19,906 nucleotides of DNA from a bacterium (GTDB taxonomy: Bacteria > Desulfobacterota > DSWW01): positions 1-19,906 of the forward strand of contig JBFLZG010000035.1 of the NCBI GenBank assembly GCA_040756235.1. The letters are read 5' to 3'. Position 1 is the first letter of the stretch; each line of letters starts with the position of its first letter. This document shows, in pieces, positions 7,827 to 14,830 of the stretch. The notes under the pieces are model-generated. The model had not been told where the DNA came from. It did no database searches and saw only the letters and a program-made list of their open reading frames with translations. A program made the translations under genes and the position numbers.

Positions 7827-9086
7827 ATGAGTTACTTCGACGTGAATCTCGATCTCGGTCCCGAGGAACGAGCGATCCGGGAAGCGGCGCACAAGTTCGC
7901 CAGGGAGGTCATGCGGCCGATCTGCAAGGAGCTGGATCGCATGAGCGCCGCCGAAGCCGTGGCACCGGGCTCGCCCCTCTGGGGATTCATCCGGCAGGCC
8001 TTCGCGCTCGGTTACCACAAGGCGGCGTTCCCGGAAATCGTGGGCGGGCTGGGGTTCACGCCCCTGCAGAGCCACATCCTGATGGAAGAGCTTTCGTGGG
8101 GCAGCCCCGGGCTGGGCGGGATCCTGCTGCTGGCAACCTGGCCCTACGTCAAGCTGATGGCGACCTTCAACCAGGAGCTGATCGAGGAATTCGTTCTCCC
8201 CTTCTGCCGGTGCACGGACGGAAGCATGACCGGCGGCTGGGCGATTACCGAGCCGGACCACGGCTCGGACACGCTCGCCGTGTACGAGCCCTTCTTCTCC
8301 GACCCGTCGATCCGGATGCAGTGCAGCGCGCGGCTCGAAGGCGACCAGTACGTCCTCAACGGACAGAAATCGGCCTGGGTTTCCTGCGGGCCCACGGCCA
8401 CCCACGTCATGCTGAACGTTCAGATCGATGCCTCCCGGGGCCCTGCGGGAGGCGGCGTCTGCATGCTCCCCCTCGACCTGCCCGGCGTGAGCCGGGGAAA
8501 GCCGCTGGAGAAGGTCGGGGTCCGGGACCTGCCGCAGGGCGAGCTGTTCTTCGACAACGTCAGGATCCCGAAGCGCTGGATGTTCGTCGGCCCGAACGAC
8601 TACGGGGAGTGGGTCGTGGGCAACCTGGGTTTCGGCAACACCGGCGTGGGAGTCCTCGCGCTCGGCATCGCGCGGGCCGCCTTCGAGGAGGCTCTGGAGT
8701 ACGCCAGGCAGCGCGTGCAGGGAGGCAAACCCCTCATCGATCATTACAGCATGAAGGTCCGCATCCACCGCATGTTCGCCCGGGTCGAGGCCATCCGGGC
8801 CATGAGCCGGGCCGTCTGGGAGCTGAACAACCGCGTCTACCCGCCCCTGCCGGAATACGCGTTTGCCTCCAAGACCTTTTGCACGGAGACGGCCAAGGAG
8901 GTGGTCGAGGAAGCCGTACAGATCCATGGGGCCAACGGGCTCACGAAGGAGTATTTCATCGAGAAGCTGTGGCGGGACTCGCGCAGCATGACCATCGCCG
9001 ACGGGGAGAACTCGGTTCTCAACGGTGTGGGAGGCCATATTCTGAAGGAGACGTTCCCACGGACCACGGTCAACCGGCTGTTCTAG
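7827..9086 (+). CDS. Acyl-CoA dehydrogenase (second, divergent paralogue)
   Basis: AITEPDHGSD, LNGQKSAWVS, RVQGGKPL, QIHGANG and TIADGEN. An alternative TTG start lies at 7821. Confidence 0.92.
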   Translation: MSYFDVNLDLGPEERAIREAAHKFAREVMRPICKELDRMSAAEAVAPGSPLWGFIRQAFALGYHKAAFPEIVGGLGFTPLQSHILMEELSWGSPGLGGILLLATWPYVKLMATFNQELIEEFVLPFCRCTDGSMTGGWAITEPDHGSDTLAVYEPFFSDPSIRMQCSARLEGDQYVLNGQKSAWVSCGPTATHVMLNVQIDASRGPAGGGVCMLPLDLPGVSRGKPLEKVGVRDLPQGELFFDNVRIPKRWMFVGPNDYGEWVVGNLGFGNTGVGVLALGIARAAFEEALEYARQRVQGGKPLIDHYSMKVRIHRMFARVEAIRAMSRAVWELNNRVYPPLPEYAFASKTFCTETAKEVVEEAVQIHGANGLTKEYFIEKLWRDSRSMTIADGENSVLNGVGGHILKETFPRTTVNRLF

Positions 9087-9089
9087 TCG

Positions 9090-9248
9090 AGGCTGTCCAT
9101 AAACGCCCATCTGCTGCGTTGCACTCATGGGGCACGGAGGCGAGGAGGAGCCTGCCCCGGCGAAGGCCGGGGTCCACTGTGTCTCCCAATGTACGCCTCA
9201 TTCCTCAGGACTTCGTGCGCCTTGCATCTGGGCATTTCTGAACAGCCC
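9090..9248. mobile_element. MITE-like intergenic repeat, copy 2 (long form with internal REP-like hairpin)
   Basis: AGGCTGTCCATAAACGCCCATCTG ... CTTGCATCTGGGCATTTCTGAACAGCC, containing CCCCGGCGAAGGCCGGGG. Confidence 0.75.
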
Positions 9249-9298
9249 CCAGAGGCTTGAATGCGAAGATGCCATCATAGGAAAAGGGAGGGCTTCCC

Positions 9299-10141
9299 AT
9301 GGGAATGAAGATCTGGTGGCAGCACATCTTCCCGCCCCAGGAGCAGATCGAAAAGGAAACGGGCATGGTCCTGGCCGCTTCCGTAAAGGAGGCCGAGGCC
9401 AGGTTTCTGGAGAACCTGAGGACCGTTGCCCACCCGGACACGGAAGTGGAGATCCACTACGTCAAGCACTCCTCCTACGTGGTGCACTCGTACTACATGG
9501 AGATGCTCAACAACATCTGGCTCCTCGACGGCGTGATCGAGGCCGAGAGACAGGGGTACGACGCCGTCATCATCGGTTGTGCGGACGATCCGGGCATCCG
9601 CGAGGCGCGGCAGGCCGTGGACATACCGGTGGTCGCTCCCGCGGAAGCGGCCATGATGCTGGCCTGCACCCTGGGCAGCCGCTTCGGCATGATCACCGTG
9701 CTGCCCGAGCTCGTGGCCTTCTGCGAGCGCAACATACGCAACTACGGGATGGAATCGCGCGCGGTGCGACCGGTACGGGTCCACGACCTGGGCGAGGACT
9801 GGGTGAACGCCCTGTTCGAGATGCTCCTCAACCCGCAAGTGATCTTCCCCGGATTCGAAGAGCTTTGCCGCGCCTGCATCCAGGACGGCGCCGAGGTCAT
9901 CCTGCCCTGCTGCTGTGCCTTGAGCCCGGCGGCGTCCCTGGCAGGATACCGGGAGGTGCCGGGGACGGGAGTACCCGTCGTCGATGTCACCCAGGCGGCG
10001 CTCAAGCTGGCCGAGACGCTCGTGGACCTGAAGCGAGCCGTCGGCCTCGGCAAGTCGCGGCGCTGCACGTACAAGTCGACGCCGCCGGCCATCCGGGACA
10101 TGATGCGTTCCCTGACCTACGGCGCCCCGGGCAAATCCTAG
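9299..10141 (+). CDS. Asp/Glu/hydantoin racemase family protein
   Basis: GYDAVIIGCADDPGIREARQAVDIPVV and DGAEVILPCC (two-Cys racemase layout), plus GVPVVD. Confidence 0.88.
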   Translation: MGMKIWWQHIFPPQEQIEKETGMVLAASVKEAEARFLENLRTVAHPDTEVEIHYVKHSSYVVHSYYMEMLNNIWLLDGVIEAERQGYDAVIIGCADDPGIREARQAVDIPVVAPAEAAMMLACTLGSRFGMITVLPELVAFCERNIRNYGMESRAVRPVRVHDLGEDWVNALFEMLLNPQVIFPGFEELCRACIQDGAEVILPCCCALSPAASLAGYREVPGTGVPVVDVTQAALKLAETLVDLKRAVGLGKSRRCTYKSTPPAIRDMMRSLTYGAPGKS

Positions 10142-10142
10142 A

Positions 10143-10303
10143 AGGCTGTCCATAAATGCCCATCTGCGGCGTTGCACTCATGGCGTGGCTGGAGGCGGGG
10201 GAGCCTGCCCCGGCGAAGGCCGGGGTCATTGCGGCGTACTCCCATGTACGCCTCATTCCTCAGGATTTCGCGCGCCTTGCATCTGGACATTTCTGAACAG
10301 CCT
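10143..10303. mobile_element. MITE-like intergenic repeat, copy 3 (long form with internal REP-like hairpin)
   Basis: AGGCTGTCCATAAATGCCCATCTG ... CTTGCATCTGGACATTTCTGAACAGCCT. A second right-end-like TGGACAGGCT lies at 10320-10329. Confidence 0.75.
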
Positions 10304-10409
10304 CCCGGAGCCGAATTCTTGGACAGGCTCCTGGAAGCGTTGAAACAAGGCGCCATCTTCGGATACGGTTGCGAGGCCTGCGAAGCAGCAACTCACTACG
10401 GGGGCGGAC

Positions 10410-11225
10410 ATGAAGGATCTGAAAGGCTCGGTTGCCGTGGTCACGGGTGCTGCAAGCGGAATCGGCAAGGCAACGGCCGAGGCCCTTGCTCGAGAAGGCG
10501 CGGATCTGGTGATCACCGACGTGAACGAGGCGGGGTTGCAGGAAACCGGTGAGCGCATCCGGACGCTGGGTCGAAAGGTCCTGGCCGAGAGGAGCGACGT
10601 TGCGCGGCGCGAAGAAGTCGAGTCCCTGAGCAAGAGAGTCTTCGAGGAAGTGGGACACGTGGATATCCTGATGAACAACGCCGGGGTGGGCCTGGCAGCC
10701 GAAATCAAGGACATGGAGCTGTCCGACTGGGAGTGGATCCTGGGGATCAATCTCTGGGGGGCCATCCACACCCTGCATTACTTCCTTCCGCACATGGTGG
10801 ATCGGAGATCCGGCCACATCGTGAACGTGGCTTCGGGTGCGGGCCTGGTCGGCCTTCCGGTCAGCGGCGCTTACAGCGTTACGAAGTTCGGTCTCGTGGG
10901 GCTTTCCGAGGTGCTCCGTACCGAGCTGGAAAGGTTCCATATCGGGGTCACTGCCGTTTGCCCGGGTGTCGTGAAGACCAACATCTTCAATGCCACCCGG
11001 ACCCGGAAGTTCCGCCCCGAGGTGACGCAACTGCCTGACTATGTCGGAACGACCCCGGAGCGGGCGGCGCAACACATCGTCCGGGCGATCAGGAAGAACC
11101 AGGCGGTCCTCGTCCTGACCCCCTTCGCCAAGGTGAGCTATGCCCTGAAACGGATCTCGCCGGCGCTTGGGCGGCAGATCGCGAAGGGGATTCACCGAGG
11201 CTTCCTGAAGCACAAGATTGAGTGA
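10410..11225 (+). CDS. SDR family NAD(P)-dependent oxidoreductase
   Basis: TGAASGIG, NNAGVG, NVAS and catalytic YSVTK. Confidence 0.92.
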   Translation: MKDLKGSVAVVTGAASGIGKATAEALAREGADLVITDVNEAGLQETGERIRTLGRKVLAERSDVARREEVESLSKRVFEEVGHVDILMNNAGVGLAAEIKDMELSDWEWILGINLWGAIHTLHYFLPHMVDRRSGHIVNVASGAGLVGLPVSGAYSVTKFGLVGLSEVLRTELERFHIGVTAVCPGVVKTNIFNATRTRKFRPEVTQLPDYVGTTPERAAQHIVRAIRKNQAVLVLTPFAKVSYALKRISPALGRQIAKGIHRGFLKHKIE

Positions 11226-11350
11226 TCCCCTGGAGAGAGGCTGGCCCTGCCCTTTACCCACAAGTCGGCCCAGCAGGGACGCAACGCGAAATCCAGCTCG
11301 AAACCGTCATTCGGGAGGACCGGGGAGCGGACAGCCGCGGTTTCCTCAGT

Positions 11351-11471
11351 TCCGTCACCCCGGCGCAGGCCGGGGTCCAGTCCCTGCTCCGCGTGATGGC
11401 GCCTCCGTTCCCTTGTGCAGACATCTGGATCCCGGCTCGCACGCGCTACGCGGCGGGGCCGGGATGACGGA
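11351..11471. repeat. REP doublet (inverted pair of GTCA-type palindromes)
   Basis: TCCGTCACCCCGGCGCAGGCCGGGGTCCAG ... CTGGATCCCGGC...GCCGGGATGACGGA, homologous to 14715-14828. Confidence 0.8.
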
Positions 11472-11736
11472 CAGAGTCAGAGTCAGTCTGATCTTTCAGA
11501 TTGACTTGTGGGTAATGCGCAGGGCTAGCCAGGCTAGCCTGCTGCTGAGGACCCCGGCTGGTCCGCCGGCTTCAGCGAACCTGACATTCCTTTCGGCCTC
11601 CCCACCCTGCTCCTGGGCTCGAGCGGTTTCCTTCCCTTGCTCCTCCGCACCCCTTCTGGCTAAATGATGGACGAAGCCCCTCTTCGACTCTGGTTATGAG
11701 CTCAGAGCGGTTTCGGGGCAGAAGGAAGAGATCCCC

Positions 11737-12753
11737 ATGTCGAGGAGCGAAGAGCGCGAACCCGGGCATGCGCACACCCACGAAGGCGTGCATGCCCATC
11801 TGCACGGCGCCGTCGATCCTGCCATTCTCTCCACGCACCGGGGGATCTGGGCGGTCAAGTGGTCGTTTCTCGGGTTGACGGCCACCGCGATCTTCCAGAT
11901 CGTCATTTTCTTCCTGACCGGGAGCGTGGCCCTTTTCGCCGACACCATCCACAACTTCGGCGATGCCGCGACTGCCGTACCGCTGTGGATCGCATTCAGG
12001 CTCGCACGGCTCGGACCGACCCGGCGATTCACCTACGGCTACGGCCGCGTGGAGGACCTGGCCGGAGTCGCCATCGTCTTCACGATCCTGTTCAGCGCTC
12101 TTTTCGCGGGACATGAGTCCATCCAGCGACTGATCCACCCGCAACCGATCCGCCATCTGTCGGCAGTGATCGCTGCCGCGCTCGTCGGCTTCCTGGGGAA
12201 CGAGGCCGTGGCGATCTTTCGTATCCGGGTGGGAAGGGAAATCGGCAGCGCCGCGTTGGTTGCGGACGGATATCACGCACGTGTCGACGGCCTCACGAGC
12301 CTGGCCGTGCTCCTCGGAGCCGTCGGCGTCTGGTCGGGTTACCCGGTTGCGGATCCCGTTGCCGGCCTGCTCATAACCGTGCTCATTTTCGGCATCGTGT
12401 GGGAATCCGCGAAATCCGTCTTCACACGGCTGCTGGACGGCATCTCACCCGAGGTGATCGAGGAGATCCGTCACGCGGCCGAGCACATCCGAGGCGTGCA
12501 GGACGTCACCGAGGTCCGGGTCAGGTGGCTGGGTCATCGCATGCACGCGGAATTGAACATCGCGGTGAGCCAGGCCCTGTCCGTGGAGGAAGGCCACAAG
12601 GTCGCCATCGAAGTCAGGCACCGGCTCCTGCACCACCTGCGCTACCTTTCCAACGCGACCATCCACGTAGATCCGGCCACCGCATCCGGAGAGCGGCATC
12701 ACCGCATCCCCGAACACGCCCATGGCGACCTGTCCACGCATTCCCATGAGTAG
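11737..12753 (+). CDS. Cation diffusion facilitator (CDF) family metal transporter
   Basis: GSVALFADTIHNFGD, FTYGYGRVEDL and ALVADGYHARVD, His-rich N and C termini, several hydrophobic helices. Confidence 0.93.
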   Translation: MSRSEEREPGHAHTHEGVHAHLHGAVDPAILSTHRGIWAVKWSFLGLTATAIFQIVIFFLTGSVALFADTIHNFGDAATAVPLWIAFRLARLGPTRRFTYGYGRVEDLAGVAIVFTILFSALFAGHESIQRLIHPQPIRHLSAVIAAALVGFLGNEAVAIFRIRVGREIGSAALVADGYHARVDGLTSLAVLLGAVGVWSGYPVADPVAGLLITVLIFGIVWESAKSVFTRLLDGISPEVIEEIRHAAEHIRGVQDVTEVRVRWLGHRMHAELNIAVSQALSVEEGHKVAIEVRHRLLHHLRYLSNATIHVDPATASGERHHRIPEHAHGDLSTHSHE

Positions 12754-12771
12754 GATTAGCTGTAGCTTCCG

Positions 12772-13170
12772 TCAGGGGAGCAAACTCAGCCTTGCCTTGA
12801 TTTCAGATCGAATTCGTGCTGCCGCGGCGTATGCTTTGCAGGTTTCTTCCCGGGTGAAGTGCGTGGGCCAGTGCACAGGGTATCGGCTCTCGACATAGTA
12901 TGCATTCAGGAACTCGCAATCGTCTGCGAGTCGCTCAAGCGAGGAATCTTTCGAGGCACAAATCTTGAGCAGCACGGTCAGGTCGTGGATCTTCCGGAAT
13001 TCCAGCTCGTGGGCGACGACATACGCCTTCAGAAGCTTCTCGGCAGCCTGCTGAAAATGGAAGCAGATCTGGGAGAAGAATGGTTTCCCTTCCTCGTGGT
13101 TCAGCCTGGCGAACTCGAAGTCCTCTTCCGCCTTGTCGAACCACTCGCGGGACAGCCGGACGTCAGCCAT
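12772..13170 (-). CDS. HEPN domain protein (putative toxin)
   Basis: WFDKAEEDF, CFHFQQAAEKLLKA, KIHDL and SRYP. Overlaps the MNT gene by 8 bp. Confidence 0.9.
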   Translation of the reverse strand: MADVRLSREWFDKAEEDFEFARLNHEEGKPFFSQICFHFQQAAEKLLKAYVVAHELEFRKIHDLTVLLKICASKDSSLERLADDCEFLNAYYVESRYPVHWPTHFTREETCKAYAAAARIRSEIKARLSLLP

Positions 13171-13480
13171 AAAGAACCTTGCCCTCCCTGAGAATGGCTT
13201 TCAGAAAGGGGTCGCCCATTTCCAGTCTGGCTTCGATTTCATCGGGCCGATATACAAGAAGATCGATGGGAATGTTGCGGTCCAAGAGTCGGCTGAGCTC
13301 TCGAATCCTGTCCGCCCCATAGAATGGAACGTCGGCTTTGATGATCAAGAAGTCGGCGTCACTATCAGGGCCCGTCACACCGCTTGCTGCGCTGCCAAAG
13401 AGAATGATCTTCTCTGGAGCATACTTTTCAATGATCTGTGCGGTAATGCGCTCTACCTCTGCCTGAAATTCAGTCGCCAT
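13163..13480 (-). CDS. Minimal nucleotidyltransferase (MNT, putative antitoxin)
   Basis: LFGS-X10-DAD motif, IDLLVY and C-terminal EGKVLY. AGGAGG RBS. Confidence 0.9.
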   Translation of the reverse strand: MATEFQAEVERITAQIIEKYAPEKIILFGSAASGVTGPDSDADFLIIKADVPFYGADRIRELSRLLDRNIPIDLLVYRPDEIEARLEMGDPFLKAILREGKVLYG

Positions 13481-13516
13481 ATGCAGTACCTCCTGGCCCC
13501 TGACCGGCGCCCATGC

Positions 13517-13546
13517 AGTGTATCCGGGGTTTCATGACGGAATCAA
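13517..13546 (-). promoter_or_regulatory. Putative sigma-70 promoter of the MNT-HEPN pair
   Basis: Minus strand TTGATT-N18-TACACT, ending 36 bp before the ATG. Confidence 0.5.
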
Positions 13547-13629
13547 GCCAAGAAGCGCGGCCTGCCGCAGCCATAGCAGCTTCCGTCGGCCATTCGCTCA
13601 GGCGCAGGGACGGCGCCAGCCGAATTCGG

Positions 13630-13659
13630 TTGCGCCGGCGCGCGCCGTCCTCCTAAGAT
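13630..13659 (+). promoter_or_regulatory. Possible sigma-70 promoter of the ADC-like gene
   Basis: TTGCGC-N18-TAAGAT, a weak match. Confidence 0.3.
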
Positions 13660-13721
13660 GTTCGTAGAGATGTCTGGGGTGGCAGTGATCCGGGAACCAG
13701 GAAAAGGGGAGGACCTTCGCA

Positions 13722-14510
13722 ATGGGATTCGTGCGAACTCTCGAGCAGATCGCGGCCGGCTACCGGGAAACGGCTGATTTCTATGACGCGCAGATGCTGT
13801 TCGTGTTCTGGGAGACCCGGCCCGACATCGTCCAACGCTTGCTCCCGCCGCCCCTGGAGCCGGCCGAGAGGCCGCTCGCCATGGCGTTCGTGGCCAACTA
13901 CCCGCGCACCAATTTCGGAGTCGCCTACCTCGAGAGCGCCCTTTTCCTGCGCGCCCGTTTCCAGGGGGAGGAGGGCCACTACTGCCTCTCCATGCCCGTG
14001 ACGAACGACATCGCGATGGCCGGCGGCCGCGAGATCTACGGGTATCCGAAGAAGATCGCGGAGATCGGGCTCACCCGGGAGGGGCCGGCGGCCCACGGGT
14101 GGACCGAACGCCGAGGGCAGCGGTTCTTCGAGGTACGAGCGAGAATGAGCGGCGAGCTCGACGACCCTGCCGCCCTGGGGGACCTCGGCGCGGTCTTCGC
14201 GCCGGGGATGGGGAACGTCGTTGTCGCCTTCAACTTCAAACACTTCCCCGCGCCCGAAGGGCTCGGGTTCGACTATTCCCCGCGTCTCGTTCGCGAGGAG
14301 GTGGAGTTCCGTCCGCGCTCGGTCGAGCTCGGTCAGGCGGAAATCGTGCTGAGAACGGCGGCCCTGGATCCCTGGTCCGAGGTGGAGGTCGTGCGGGTCC
14401 TCGGCTGCGCCTACATCGTGAGCGACAACTTCATGCGCAAGGGGAAGGTCGTGGCCGAGACCGATCCCATGGCCTTCGCGCCGTACGCCTTCCTGAAATG
14501 GGACTTTTAG
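13722..14510 (+). CDS. Acetoacetate decarboxylase-like family protein
   Basis: LLPPPLEP, YLESAL and GGREIYGYPKK (Schiff-base Lys motif). GGAGG RBS. Confidence 0.88.
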   Translation: MGFVRTLEQIAAGYRETADFYDAQMLFVFWETRPDIVQRLLPPPLEPAERPLAMAFVANYPRTNFGVAYLESALFLRARFQGEEGHYCLSMPVTNDIAMAGGREIYGYPKKIAEIGLTREGPAAHGWTERRGQRFFEVRARMSGELDDPAALGDLGAVFAPGMGNVVVAFNFKHFPAPEGLGFDYSPRLVREEVEFRPRSVELGQAEIVLRTAALDPWSEVEVVRVLGCAYIVSDNFMRKGKVVAETDPMAFAPYAFLKWDF

Positions 14511-14555
14511 CTGGTAGCTGCCGGCCCCGTGGAAAGGACAGAGCCAGCCCGCCCT

Positions 14556-14584
14556 CCGTCATTACGCCTAAGGACGGAATCCAG
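14556..14584. repeat. Degenerate single REP-like unit
   Basis: CCGTCATTACGCCTAAGGACGGAATCCAG resembles CCGTCATTCCGGCGAAGGCCGGAATCCAG at 14714. Confidence 0.55.
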
Positions 14585-14714
14585 GGGCTCGGGGGTGGCT
14601 TGCTCGATGCCGGCTCGCGGTCGCACCCGCGGCCTCGGAGGCTGTGTCACAACCGGATAGACCTTCATGCAACCACTGATTCCGGAGGACTCGGAGGCGC
14701 GGCCGCATGATTTC

Positions 14715-14828
14715 CGTCATTCCGGCGAAGGCCGGAATCCAGTCCCTGCGCCCAGTTACCACAGCTGGTCCAGGTGCACCCTTCTGGATCCCGGCTATCA
14801 CGCGCTCCGCACATGGGCCGGGATGACG
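14715..14828. repeat. REP doublet between convergent genes
   Basis: CGTCATTCCGGCGAAGGCCGGAATCCAG ... CTGGATCCCGGC...GCCGGGATGACG. Confidence 0.8.
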
Positions 14829-14830
14829 AA

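Noticed and set aside
2757..9241. Long antisense or alternate-frame ORFs (2757..4274, 5448..6476, 6338..7681, 7713..9128, 7784..9241)
   Set aside because: They overlap well-supported genes and lack motifs, as expected for shadow ORFs in GC-rich DNA.
11218..11667. Small ORFs spanning the REP doublet (also 14568..14945)
   Set aside because: They are translations of REP palindromes (e.g. TPAQAGVQ, IPAFAGMT), not credible genes.
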